60,568 nucleotides of DNA, from IMG/VR virus record IMGVR_UViG_3300035047_000236; one strand, given 5' to 3'. Positions 26,492 to 36,646 of the stretch are shown here, in pieces. The notes beneath the pieces were generated by a model. That model made no database searches. It was not told the DNA's origin and was given only the letters and a program-made list of their open reading frames with translations. The translations under genes and the position numbers were made by a program. The number at the start of each line of letters is the position of its first letter. The first letter of the stretch is position 1. This DNA is from a virus.

Positions 26492-26959
26492 TTATTTCCT
26501 TTCCGCCCTTATAGTAAAAAGTTCCTGTTCTCTTCTAGTTAATTCTCTCTTAAATGTAGCTATATACTCACTTATTGTTTTATCTATACCGTCTAATATA
26601 GTGAGCTCATCCTGTAGATTGTTTATATCATCATCAAGTATAGAAAGATCAGTGTTAGTATTTACCAAATAATCACTTGCTGCTTTCTTTGTCTTATATT
26701 TTTTAATTATTGCTTCATCAAGAGACAATGACATAGAATTATCAAACAATCTTTTCTTTTTTGTTAAGTCAGCTTTGGTCTTATTTATCTCGTACCTATA
26801 ATAAATAAGATATTGAGAAAGAGCTATGGCATACCTGCTGACAGTTATATTATCCAATGAGTCTAAAGTCATAGGATCGAAAGACCAAACCTCATCTAAT
26901 AGGTTTTTATTTATTTTTATCTTACTAAAAGAATAAACTCCGCTATCCATAACACCCAT
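26492..26959 (-). CDS. Helical/coiled-coil hypothetical protein (UvsY-like mediator candidate)
   Basis: 155 aa with heptad-like composition, between recA and dnaB; function inferred from context only. Confidence 0.55.
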   Translation of the reverse strand: MGVMDSGVYSFSKIKINKNLLDEVWSFDPMTLDSLDNITVSRYAIALSQYLIYYRYEINKTKADLTKKKRLFDNSMSLSLDEAIIKKYKTKKAASDYLVNTNTDLSILDDDINNLQDELTILDGIDKTISEYIATFKRELTRREQELFTIRAERK

Positions 26960-26965
26960 CCTCCT

Positions 26966-27268
26966 TTAATTAACTTCATCGTCTCCATATAATCTATCAC
27001 TTATATGTCTTGAGTCATGTATACCTGTACAATAATATTCCCACTCAACCACTTCCCCTGTTTTTTTATCTACGACTGGGCAATAGTGTGATTCCATAGG
27101 AAAAATCTCACCGTTTACAACATCCACTTGTCTACAAACACGACTTAAATTACAATATTTATAGTCACCATAAACAGTTCCATCCTTTAAGCATCCAAAA
27201 TCTCTACAATCTTTTTTATACTTAATAGAGTCCGCAGTTATTATAGAATTTCTACTCATAAAACCCAC
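26966..27268 (-). CDS. Hypothetical Cys-rich protein
   Basis: Six Cys in 100 aa; overlaps upstream gene. Confidence 0.6.
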   Translation of the reverse strand: MGFMSRNSIITADSIKYKKDCRDFGCLKDGTVYGDYKYCNLSRVCRQVDVVNGEIFPMESHYCPVVDKKTGEVVEWEYYCTGIHDSRHISDRLYGDDEVN

Positions 27269-27614
27269 CTTCCATAGCCCTTTCTATTTTATGTAAAACT
27301 AAATCTTCTGTTATATCTTCATTATAATACATCCTAACCAAATAGCAACCATTTTCTTCAGCCCATTCCCTTTTTAAATTATCTCTTTCTCTCTGTTTAA
27401 GAAAGGACGACCTATCACCATGGAAGTGTGGTGTATATTCTACATGTTGTCTTCCCTGCACTTCAACTAAAACATTTAATTTCTTTATATAAAAATCAAA
27501 AAACAGTTTAGTTCCCTTATAATTAACATAATGTTCACAAAAAACCTGTTTAAAAGGATTATCAGGAAACAAACTCTTCAGAATAGATAGGACCTGGGTT
27601 GCTATGTAGCTCAT
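27252..27614 (-). CDS. Vsr/DUF559-like endonuclease
   Basis: FFDFYI...VLVEVQGRQH...QRERDNLK...LVRM. Confidence 0.75.
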   Translation of the reverse strand: MSYIATQVLSILKSLFPDNPFKQVFCEHYVNYKGTKLFFDFYIKKLNVLVEVQGRQHVEYTPHFHGDRSSFLKQRERDNLKREWAEENGCYLVRMYYNEDITEDLVLHKIERAMEGGFYE

Positions 27615-28632
27615 ATTGCTCCTTTAAACCTATTGATTCTATTATATCATCTCTTATTTTATTAAAAACTTCTTTATTCTCTTTTAAAAATACCACACTA
27701 TTCACTGCACCCTGTGCTATATTCTCGCCGCCATATTTAAACCATGATCCAGCTTTTTCTATAATATCCAAGCTCACAGCGAGATCTAAAACCTCATTGT
27801 AATGGTCATAACCCTTACCATAAATTAGATCAAGTTCTGCTTTTCTAAATGGTTCACCTAATTTGTTTTTAATAACCTCATGAACTGCTTTATGACCATA
27901 AACTTCACCAGAAGGAGAAGACAGTCTTCTAGCTTTACTTTCTGGACCTCTTACACTTATCCTACCAGTAGCCCAAAAAGCAAGCGCTTCACCGCCTGTG
28001 GTTGTTTCTGGATTACCATACCCACCCACCTTCATTCTAGTTTGGTTAACAAAAATCAAGAGAACAGAGTTCGCTGCTGCTTGCGGAGTAATCTTTCTTA
28101 ATGCCTTACTCATTAACCTTGCCTGTAGTGCCATCTGTTGATCGTCTATATCAGCAACGGCCTCAACCATTGGGATAAGAGCGCTTACACTATCAACCAC
28201 TATAACAGAGTATTCACCAGTTTTTATTAAACTCTCCACAATATCTAGATTAGGCTCGCCACCATAAACCTGTACTAAATCTAATTTATCTGCATCAACC
28301 CCATAGTTTATAAACAACTTTGGATCTACAGCCTGTTCAGCATCAACATAAGCGCACCTCATGCCCCTTCTTTGTGCTTGGATGACCACATGCACTCCTA
28401 AAGTACTCTTACCACTACTGTTGGGGCCAAACACCTCATAAACCCTACCAAGAGCCATACCTCCTCTACCTAGAGCAAGGTCCAAACCTAAAGATCCTGT
28501 GCTAACAGTTCTAATTGTGTTCTCTCCTTCAGATAATGGTACTAAAACATTCCCATATTTCTTTTTTATTTCGGATCTTACTAAATCGGTAGATTTCTTT
28601 TCATCAGAAATCTTGTTTTTACTTTTTGCCAT
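27562..28632 (-). CDS. recA: RecA recombinase
   Basis: STGSLGLDLALG, FGPNSSGKST, VDAE, VVDSVSAL, QARLMSKALRK, NQTR, NPETTTGGEAL. Confidence 0.96.
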   Translation of the reverse strand: MAKSKNKISDEKKSTDLVRSEIKKKYGNVLVPLSEGENTIRTVSTGSLGLDLALGRGGMALGRVYEVFGPNSSGKSTLGVHVVIQAQRRGMRCAYVDAEQAVDPKLFINYGVDADKLDLVQVYGGEPNLDIVESLIKTGEYSVIVVDSVSALIPMVEAVADIDDQQMALQARLMSKALRKITPQAAANSVLLIFVNQTRMKVGGYGNPETTTGGEALAFWATGRISVRGPESKARRLSSPSGEVYGHKAVHEVIKNKLGEPFRKAELDLIYGKGYDHYNEVLDLAVSLDIIEKAGSWFKYGGENIAQGAVNSVVFLKENKEVFNKIRDDIIESIGLKEQYELHSNPGPIYSEEFVS

Positions 28633-28641
28633 AATTAACCC

Positions 28642-29244
28642 CTATAAATTTTTAAGTATATCATCTAAATTTCCAAAACCAAATTCTATGTTTTTATTTT
28701 TCTCATATTCTTCTGTCTCGATATCTGCTTGTCTCATTAGACGTGTTAAATCCTCTTTCTTTCTGTTATAAATGTATATAGCTTTTTCCGTTACCCACGA
28801 CATGTTTCCTTGCCCAAATATTCTGAAATTACACATAAGATTGGGGTCTATACCAAAGTCATCTTTATGTTCAAACACCAATTCAACTATCTCAACACAA
28901 AAACCTAAAGCCTCTTTATACTCAAAGCCAGTCATTTCCTTTACATGTTCTACAAGTTCTTTAGCTATAGAAAGATCAACTATATTTTCCCTATAAGGAG
29001 CTATATTTGGGCAGTGTTCTCTTAAACGATGGTAAAATAAATCTATAAGATCCAAGTTACTACTAACACCGTATTTTGTTTTATGTATTTTTTTAACAGA
29101 GTATTGATGTCTTTTTAACACATCAACACACTCCTTAAGAACAACCTCAAATCTAGATTCTTCTGATATTAAGGGTGTGGTCTTTTCTAACTCATATATA
29201 GCGTTCTTTATTTTTTTGACTTCCTTGACTAAAGGTGATGGCAT
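28642..29244 (-). CDS. Hypothetical protein
   Basis: 200-aa ORF packed between dnaN and recA. Confidence 0.7.
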   Translation of the reverse strand: MPSPLVKEVKKIKNAIYELEKTTPLISEESRFEVVLKECVDVLKRHQYSVKKIHKTKYGVSSNLDLIDLFYHRLREHCPNIAPYRENIVDLSIAKELVEHVKEMTGFEYKEALGFCVEIVELVFEHKDDFGIDPNLMCNFRIFGQGNMSWVTEKAIYIYNRKKEDLTRLMRQADIETEEYEKNKNIEFGFGNLDDILKNL

Positions 29245-29247
29245 CTA

Positions 29248-30366
29248 TTATCTCCTAGATAAATTAGTAACAAAAGACTTTTGTTTCTCATTTTCAGACA
29301 CCACTATAATTCCGTTGTTTTCATCAGTGTATTTTAATTTAATATTTTCATCCTCTACAGATAGAATAGCATTTATTAAATCCCTTCCATCTACATCAAC
29401 AACAAAAGAATCACCGTTTTCTATACCATCATACTCAAACAAAGAAACGTCTGTCTTTATGTTCAACATACTGTCTGAAGTTTCTATTGTAAGTCTGTTA
29501 TAATCTTCTTGGTCTAATAAATCTACAAAAGAAGATATACCAGATAATATTATATCCCTATTAATAAGCATTTCTTTCTCAAACATAGACCATACAGAGT
29601 TGGTATCAGGCCAAGTTCTATATGAAAGTCCACTGGACCAGAAAACAATGTTGTCAAAATGTAGCTTTGTTTTGTATTTTGATACCTCTATGAATAACTC
29701 AAAATCATCAAGAATAACTCTCTTCATACCCATAATAAATTCATACGGCAAAAAATATTCCCCTTGTTTACCATTAGTAGAAGCGTTTGTTATATACTCA
29801 GAAACAACCCTTCCGTTAGTAGCGGTAAACACTAATTCGTTTTCTGATACTAATAATCTTATGCCCATCATAAAGTCTTCTATGCCTGAAGAATCCACAG
29901 CATACAAAAGTTTATCTACAGCTGTTTTTATTATTCTTGAATTAATTATTATATTAGGTTCTTCCATCTCAACTAAAGGAAGATTGGTAGTTGAGTTTAT
30001 TTGTTCTATATTTATAGAACTCTTAGAACTCTTACCGTTTTGAATAGATTCTACACTTATTAGAACCTTTGTTTTTGATTTCTTTATTAAGAATTCTTTG
30101 GAACCAAACTCTCCATTCCAAGGATTGAAGGTCATTATAAATGATTTTATTTTACTATAAACAACATAAACTTGACCCTCTTCTTGAACTTTTGCAGGAA
30201 ACTCACAAGATATACCAGAGTTACCATTATTAGAAATGAATAATACGCTGTTTTCCTTTGCCTTAATTAAAACCTGTCCCTCAAATGAATAAGTATTCAT
30301 TTTAGCTGATACACCTAAGAGCTTCACAGCCCTTTGCATGTCGCTAGTGCTAATAAAAAACTTCAT
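29248..30366 (-). CDS. dnaN: DNA polymerase III beta subunit-like sliding clamp
   Basis: 372 aa; MKFFI start, FMMGI...LVFTATNGRVVS, WPD, INRDIILSGI, DLINAIL follow the three-domain beta-clamp pattern. Confidence 0.8.
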   Translation of the reverse strand: MKFFISTSDMQRAVKLLGVSAKMNTYSFEGQVLIKAKENSVLFISNNGNSGISCEFPAKVQEEGQVYVVYSKIKSFIMTFNPWNGEFGSKEFLIKKSKTKVLISVESIQNGKSSKSSINIEQINSTTNLPLVEMEEPNIIINSRIIKTAVDKLLYAVDSSGIEDFMMGIRLLVSENELVFTATNGRVVSEYITNASTNGKQGEYFLPYEFIMGMKRVILDDFELFIEVSKYKTKLHFDNIVFWSSGLSYRTWPDTNSVWSMFEKEMLINRDIILSGISSFVDLLDQEDYNRLTIETSDSMLNIKTDVSLFEYDGIENGDSFVVDVDGRDLINAILSVEDENIKLKYTDENNGIIVVSENEKQKSFVTNLSRR

Positions 30367-30427
30367 AAAATACCTCTTATATCTTTAAGTTAATAAATAT
30401 CTAACTATATAGAAGTTAGTTAAATAG

Positions 30428-30455
30428 AATATAAACCATAAACAATTTTTGTCAA
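30428..30455 (-). promoter_or_regulatory. Sigma70-like promoter heading the replication block
   Basis: TTGACA (30455-30450), 16 nt, TATATT (30433-30428), in the 121-bp gap between structural and replication genes. Confidence 0.6.
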
Positions 30456-30487
30456 GAAAAATTATTATTTTTTTTTATAAAAATAAT

Positions 30488-33400
30488 CTAAGAAGATACT
30501 ATAACAACTTCTGCGCCTAAGTCAACACTTTGTAATAAAGAAACTCTATCTATTATATCTCTTATAGCTTCATCTATTGTTTTATATTTTTTCAAATTAA
30601 AAACAAACTTTCTTCGTAATTTAACTCTATCAAGCCCTTTTGGTAAGTTATCTAAACTATATCCTTTAACAACTATGGTCCAATTACTTCCTATTTCATC
30701 TGGGTAAACTTTTTTGTCGCCCTCAAAAAATGTATAGGTTCCCATATAGCTTCCAAAAGATAATTCCAAAATTCTTCTCCATTCCTCTATGTTATCCTTA
30801 AGATTTAAGGTTATAATTCTATCTAAAACTTTTGATTTATAGTTCGGATTAATTACTCCTCTTATATTAACTCCTAGATTTTTTTCTATATACAAGGCAT
30901 TTATACTACATGGCATGTCTATTGCAGTTTTATTAAATAACTCTTTATAATACATTTTTTGTAAATAAACATTATCAATATAAAAATTACAATTCCTGCC
31001 TCCAAAACCATTTGACCAGACATCTCCAATTTTATCTGTGTTGTGTAACCTAAAATTCACAACATTTACACCATAATCTTTACTTTCTATTTTATCAAAA
31101 ACCTCAATCTGATCTATCTTTACTCTATTTCCTCCAGACATATTTTCATAAACAACTACCCATATAACACTATACTTAGTATCGTTATTTAAATAAAAAG
31201 AACTAAAGTTTTTTTCTTCCCAATAATCTAAATTGTCTGATAAATCAACCAGTAATAATGAAACCCCACTAGTAGTAACATAGTCTTCATAAGTAGTTGG
31301 CAACTCAAAACCAGCTCTTATATCAAAAACCTTAGGCGCTAAACCATAATAAGCCTCAGAGTTAGGTTTAATTTTTATAGCTTTCAAAGTTATTTCTCTA
31401 TCAAAAAAATAACCAAATGCCTGATAAGGTCCCACATCATTACTCTGAAATGATGTGCTTAAATCATTATCACATAATGAAGTTTCAGAGTATCCATCAT
31501 CTTTAGAGCTAACAAAAGCAGTTCCTCCATAACAAACATCTTTAGTGAAGTTATTCATTTGTATACCAGAAAAGCTTGTCATATAAGATGACTCAATATC
31601 CTCTATATCAATATCAATTGACTTATTTTCCCAATCAAAATAAATTCTGTTTCTATACCATTTACTTTCTTCCATTGTATAATCATAATCTATTTCTTTC
31701 CATTCATTTTCATATAAATGTCTTAAATTAAATTCTTTACTATAAGTAATAGCAGATATAGAATCATTATTACTATTGACTAGTTCTACAACAGGTGTAA
31801 AACCGGCAGGATTTCCTATAGCTGAAATATTATATATATACATTGAACAACTGCCATCAGTTTTCCAAAACGTAAATCTATATTCTTTATAACTACTTAC
31901 ACTATTCAATATATAATTTTTTGGTGTTGGAACTGATCTAGAATAAGGAACGTCATTAACATCAGAAACATCTACCCAATCATCACTTTCTGAGTTTCTT
32001 GCACTTATTAATAAAACAACATTACCATAATAAGTAGTAGTATATAATACAAACGAATGAATATTTAAATTATCATCATATAGATCTAAATAAAAATATT
32101 TATAAGTTCCTGTATTAAAACCTGTTCCAGTATACAAACTATCGTCTAAAGCATTATAAGGGTTATCTCCTCCAGAAACAACAGATTTACTTATATCTAC
32201 AAAACATTGATGTATATTTATAAAAAATTCTAAAAAATCCAATTCATTACTATATATTGAACCACCTGAAAGATCAGACCCTTTTATTATATAATCAACA
32301 TATTGTGTGTCGTTTCCCTCCTCGTCGTGTTGATATATAGATATTTGGTCATATTCTAGTGAATAATTTGTTGAGTTAATTATAGTCCTACTACCGCCTT
32401 CTGCATTATACAGAGTATCCCAAACACCATCTAAAATTTTTCTACCTTTTACCGTGATCCAGTAATTATCGTTATCGCTTATGTAAGCATATATATAAAT
32501 GTAAGTTATTCCCATAGAATATATATTAGAATACCAAGTGTATTCATCAGACCCTTGCAATCTCCCACTGTCATCATAATATATTTCTCCAGACCCTGGA
32601 ATAACACACCGTGATACTGGGTTATATAAAGCCACAACTCCATCATTATATAAAGAGTAATTTCCAATACAATTGCTGTCAGAAACCAATGACATAGTAG
32701 AGTTACTCCAATTTAAACCAGTATCTCCTTCTTCAAAATTGTAAAACTCTCTTATTGGTGGTTCTGGTGTTGGGTTTTTAGAAAAACCCACTAAACTATG
32801 AAAATTACATCCAGAGTCTAAAGACTTAATTTCTATTTTAATATAACCAACAGGTCTATAAAAATCATATACATAAACATCCCTAATTATTTCTTTTATA
32901 TTATCACAAGTATGAACATCCACAATTTCCCAAGGTTCAAATATCAGCTCTTTAAAATATATTGAAATATTATCAGTAAAAAAATCTTGAGATGTTATCT
33001 TATAGAATAACCTGCTTATAGTTTGAGCCGGGTTAACTTCTATTAAAGCATGGAAGTAATCACCATGATCTATATCTCCAGTTTGACAAAACGTTTCAGA
33101 ATCACCGTCTATTGCATTACTTTGACATGTTATTTCTGTTTCCGTTATATTTTTCCAATCAAATTCCCAATATTCCCTATTTATACTATATTCTGGTACT
33201 TCTTCAAAAACAGGTCTATATGACTCTACAAACCTTACAGCAGAATCTATCCCTAAAAGACCTGGGTCCTTAATATATCTATGACTATGTACATTATAAT
33301 ACGATATACTTCCGTTTTTTAACAAAATCGGAAGGTAACTCAATCCGTATATATCTCCAGGTTTATTAAAGTCCAATTCTAAACTGGTAAAATAATCTTT

Positions 33401-34753
33401 GTAATCTTTTACAAATCTTGACCCAATGGTGTTTTCTACTGAATAAGTATTATAATTTACTCTAGCATACATGTCCTGTATATTGCTTCCATCGGCGCCA
33501 AATATTTTTGCTGTTAACATTGAACTAAACATAGAGTTAAGTGTGATATTCATATCTAAATAACCAGAGTTAAAACATGGATAATTTATTGTAGCCCCTA
33601 AGTCCCTTCCTTCTAAATAAGAAACTATAAGTCTAGTTCTTGAGAATACAACCTTTGGATATATTTTACATATTAATGTACTAGATAGTCCTTTAGCTAA
33701 TATATAGGCTGATAAATTTAACGCGGGCAAGGAATTAATCATCTGGTGTAGGTCACTAGTATAATAAGCATCTAAGAATACAGAAAGATCATTCTCTACT
33801 GCTATACCTTTTCTTGTATGTATAAATACAGGTAAATTAACTGATTCAACACCAAATATATATGATGTAATATAGTATGGGTATTCCATATTAACTATAT
33901 TTGCATACAAATTAGCATCCTGCCAACCCCTTAAACTAAAACCAAGATCTACAGGTGTAATGGCGAACAAGTATGCGGATATATTATCCATATAGGTGCA
34001 TCTTAAATATACATCCAGGTTAGAATAATCGAAAGGAGTAATATTCTTTAACAAGTCGAGTGTTTGCCAACCATGTAAATTAGCATCTATATCAAAAGGA
34101 CTTCTCTTGAATATCTTATATACTTCTAAATTTAAATCTAAAAAAGTTCTTTCGTTTGATTTTAAATATTTATCTAAGTTTATTTCTAATTTTCTTTTAG
34201 GTTTAATTGCCCCTAACATATCCAATTGTTCTTCGACAACCCAACCTTTTAGAATACCAAAAATACTTATATCGTGTTTTTGGAAAATATTAACATATGA
34301 TATTATATCAATATTTAATGGGAAGACTGTTTTGGCGTATGCATAAAGATCTATAGGTATTTCTCTATGAACTGCTTTTATTATATTAAATATGTCAGAT
34401 TGAACTGATGCATAACCTTTTAATATACTGAATAAATCTTTTTGGCCGGGGAAAGTTTGTTTCAAATATGCTGGTATGTCACTAAACCTATAAGCATAGG
34501 TTAGTTCCACACCTAAATCTCTAAAACCTGTATAAACACAAGAATGGTTTACTATTTGAATATTAGAACTGCCATAACCAAAAACATAGGTTTGACATTC
34601 TTTTATATAGTCCTCACTTACTGGAGAAATATACACCCCTAGATCTTTCGCAAGGCCAGGAAATCTGAAATTTACATTATCAAATGAAGGAGGTTCGTAT
34701 CCAGAACTTGTGAATTTAAAATGTATATTATTTTCTGGTGGTTCATAGCTCAT
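30488..34753 (-). CDS. Large putative virion protein (1421 aa): short-repeat shaft plus discoidin/galactose-binding-like domains
   Basis: Repeated D/N-L-x-x-x-I units in the N-terminal third; PYNALDD and LCDNDLSTSF...APKVFDI segments resemble F5/8-type domains. Confidence 0.6.
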   Translation of the reverse strand: MSYEPPENNIHFKFTSSGYEPPSFDNVNFRFPGLAKDLGVYISPVSEDYIKECQTYVFGYGSSNIQIVNHSCVYTGFRDLGVELTYAYRFSDIPAYLKQTFPGQKDLFSILKGYASVQSDIFNIIKAVHREIPIDLYAYAKTVFPLNIDIISYVNIFQKHDISIFGILKGWVVEEQLDMLGAIKPKRKLEINLDKYLKSNERTFLDLNLEVYKIFKRSPFDIDANLHGWQTLDLLKNITPFDYSNLDVYLRCTYMDNISAYLFAITPVDLGFSLRGWQDANLYANIVNMEYPYYITSYIFGVESVNLPVFIHTRKGIAVENDLSVFLDAYYTSDLHQMINSLPALNLSAYILAKGLSSTLICKIYPKVVFSRTRLIVSYLEGRDLGATINYPCFNSGYLDMNITLNSMFSSMLTAKIFGADGSNIQDMYARVNYNTYSVENTIGSRFVKDYKDYFTSLELDFNKPGDIYGLSYLPILLKNGSISYYNVHSHRYIKDPGLLGIDSAVRFVESYRPVFEEVPEYSINREYWEFDWKNITETEITCQSNAIDGDSETFCQTGDIDHGDYFHALIEVNPAQTISRLFYKITSQDFFTDNISIYFKELIFEPWEIVDVHTCDNIKEIIRDVYVYDFYRPVGYIKIEIKSLDSGCNFHSLVGFSKNPTPEPPIREFYNFEEGDTGLNWSNSTMSLVSDSNCIGNYSLYNDGVVALYNPVSRCVIPGSGEIYYDDSGRLQGSDEYTWYSNIYSMGITYIYIYAYISDNDNYWITVKGRKILDGVWDTLYNAEGGSRTIINSTNYSLEYDQISIYQHDEEGNDTQYVDYIIKGSDLSGGSIYSNELDFLEFFINIHQCFVDISKSVVSGGDNPYNALDDSLYTGTGFNTGTYKYFYLDLYDDNLNIHSFVLYTTTYYGNVVLLISARNSESDDWVDVSDVNDVPYSRSVPTPKNYILNSVSSYKEYRFTFWKTDGSCSMYIYNISAIGNPAGFTPVVELVNSNNDSISAITYSKEFNLRHLYENEWKEIDYDYTMEESKWYRNRIYFDWENKSIDIDIEDIESSYMTSFSGIQMNNFTKDVCYGGTAFVSSKDDGYSETSLCDNDLSTSFQSNDVGPYQAFGYFFDREITLKAIKIKPNSEAYYGLAPKVFDIRAGFELPTTYEDYVTTSGVSLLLVDLSDNLDYWEEKNFSSFYLNNDTKYSVIWVVVYENMSGGNRVKIDQIEVFDKIESKDYGVNVVNFRLHNTDKIGDVWSNGFGGRNCNFYIDNVYLQKMYYKELFNKTAIDMPCSINALYIEKNLGVNIRGVINPNYKSKVLDRIITLNLKDNIEEWRRILELSFGSYMGTYTFFEGDKKVYPDEIGSNWTIVVKGYSLDNLPKGLDRVKLRRKFVFNLKKYKTIDEAIRDIIDRVSLLQSVDLGAEVVIVSS

Positions 34754-34754
34754 A

Positions 34755-35090
34755 TTATGCTAAAATAGGATTTCCTCCTATATTTAGATCTACTATATCT
34801 TCTTGTTTTAATTTATCTTTTACAGAAACTTTACTGTGTGTTTTTGTTATTACATCTACTACTTCTTTCTTGTTTAGATCTATTATATAAAACCCATTAT
34901 TAGATGATATATACACTAGACCTGAGTTTCTACTTGCTGTTTTATCTGCTGCCACAAACATAAATTCAGATAAATTATGATTCGTTAAATAGTAATTTAT
35001 TCCTCTATATACCTGTTTATAATCAACAATATCAAAACTTAAAGGAGAGTCTTCAATTACTAATAAATTACAAGAATCCAAAAAAGCCAT
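34755..35090 (-). CDS. Hypothetical protein (beta-propeller-blade-like motif)
   Basis: LVYISSNNGFYIIDL resembles blades in 37909-38676. Confidence 0.6.
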   Translation of the reverse strand: MAFLDSCNLLVIEDSPLSFDIVDYKQVYRGINYYLTNHNLSEFMFVAADKTASRNSGLVYISSNNGFYIIDLNKKEVVDVITKTHSKVSVKDKLKQEDIVDLNIGGNPILA

Positions 35091-35393
35091 TTACTCACCT
35101 CCACCCCTGATATACCACTTAGTATACTTTTTATTCATTGAAGAAAATATTTCCGAATTAAACTTTGAGTAGTAACCTTTAATATAAGGAAACTTATTTA
35201 AGCTTATTATGGACGCATCAGTTACTGTACGATCAGAATAATCTTTTGAGTAGTAACCTTTAATATAAGGAAACTTATTTAAGCTTATTATGGACGCATC
35301 AGTTACTGTACGATCAGAATAATCTATTGATTTTGTACCTATAAATCTATCTGTGTCAACAACACTATCTGAATTAGTTATATAGAAAGCCAT
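35091..35393 (-). CDS. Hypothetical protein with an exact internal 27-aa duplication
   Basis: DYSDRTVTDASIISLNKFPYIKGYYSK occurs twice. Confidence 0.65.
   Translation of the reverse strand: MAFYITNSDSVVDTDRFIGTKSIDYSDRTVTDASIISLNKFPYIKGYYSKDYSDRTVTDASIISLNKFPYIKGYYSKFNSEIFSSMNKKYTKWYIRGGGE
35164..35325. repeat. Perfect 81-bp tandem duplication (2 copies)
   Basis: Units begin at 35164 and 35245 and are identical. Confidence 0.95.
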
Positions 35394-36632
35394 TTATATC
35401 TCCCTCAAATATACATCTGATCCTAGTTTTAACATTGTAGGAGTTTTCCTATAAAATGTTTCACATACAGTATATGTTTCTGAACCACTGACCGGCATTG
35501 GTAGTGGTGGATCAAATGTTAAAGTATTGTAAGTATTTGAAATAATTCTTCTTGTAGTATCCTCTTGTTCTCCGCTGGTTATTATTACTCCCATACCATT
35601 TAACGAGTCAACAAGCCATGCTTTGTCATCATCAAATATTTCTGTAGTTGTAGAAGAAAAAACCTGACCACTAGAAATTTCGTTAACTCCTATAATATCA
35701 TTATGAGAACCGTACGAACAATTGTAAAAATAACTGGAATTACCTAAAATACCGTTGGAGTCACTAAACATTATTGGAGACAAGACATACTCGCCATCTT
35801 TATAGTTTTCTACAGTAGATTTTATTACATTATTATTAGTAAAATATGAATTAGTTGTACTAGTTGAGTATAAATTATCTACACCCCAATTTAGTCCCTG
35901 GCAATCATAGTTGCTTCTATCATACGCTCCAACACTTACCCAAGGAAAAGGTAATGGTCCAAATTTAGTTCCTGAAGCCATTGTATAAACTATATTATCA
36001 AAAGTTACTGTATCATTTACAGTATCTTTTGCAAATATTTTTGGTTTTGAAACATGCCCTAGTGGAGAAATTAATCTGTAATTTGCATTTGTTTTAAAAT
36101 AAGAAGATTCTCCTGAATTAAGTTGTGCTACAACATTATTTCCAGGGTTAATTTCTTCTTGAAGTGTTGCTATTTTATTATCCCAAATAGTATTGTCTAT
36201 CTTGAAAACCATTGAACATGTTGATGAATTAGTACTTGGTCTATATATCTCTATATAAAAAAAACATTTATTACCCTTTAATACAATATTATTATAAGAA
36301 GAAGCATCACACCTAATTCCACCAGCTAAACGATCATCATAGCTCCAACTATAAACATAACCAAACCTGTTATAGTAGTTATTATTTGTGTCATTAAAAT
36401 ATATACACGGATTTAACCACAACAAAGTTGGTCTAGAAGTAAGTATAAAATAAATATAACACGGTAGTGTATCATCTTCCTGTTCTGAAGATTTAAGCCC
36501 AAGAAGGTTATTACTATCTATTCTATCATCTACAACCCCCCAACCTATTGTAGAAACATTATCTCTTGTTTTATACAATACATCTTTATTGTTATCAGCA
36601 ACTAATTCTTCAGTAGAGTAAACTCTTTCCAT
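35394..36632 (-). CDS. Putative virion/tail-associated protein, paralog A
   Basis: 412 aa, collinear with 36647-37897; located in the structural block. Confidence 0.7.
   Translation of the reverse strand: MERVYSTEELVADNNKDVLYKTRDNVSTIGWGVVDDRIDSNNLLGLKSSEQEDDTLPCYIYFILTSRPTLLWLNPCIYFNDTNNNYYNRFGYVYSWSYDDRLAGGIRCDASSYNNIVLKGNKCFFYIEIYRPSTNSSTCSMVFKIDNTIWDNKIATLQEEINPGNNVVAQLNSGESSYFKTNANYRLISPLGHVSKPKIFAKDTVNDTVTFDNIVYTMASGTKFGPLPFPWVSVGAYDRSNYDCQGLNWGVDNLYSTSTTNSYFTNNNVIKSTVENYKDGEYVLSPIMFSDSNGILGNSSYFYNCSYGSHNDIIGVNEISSGQVFSSTTTEIFDDDKAWLVDSLNGMGVIITSGEQEDTTRRIISNTYNTLTFDPPLPMPVSGSETYTVCETFYRKTPTMLKLGSDVYLREI
35443..35604. repeat. 162-bp direct repeat, copy 1 (copy 2 at 36693-36854)
   Basis: Nucleotide-identical on reading. 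Confidence 0.92.
35939..36187. repeat. 249-bp direct repeat, copy 1 (copy 2 at 37195-37443)
   Basis: Nucleotide-identical on reading. Confidence 0.92.
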
Positions 36633-36646
36633 AATAAATCTCCTAT

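Noticed and set aside
26492-26530. QELF near the C-terminus of the 155-aa protein as a clamp-binding motif
   Set aside because: Four-residue match within a predicted helix; likely chance.
30461-30487. Terminator between structural and replication blocks
   Set aside because: Only an all-A/T inverted repeat, too weak to call.
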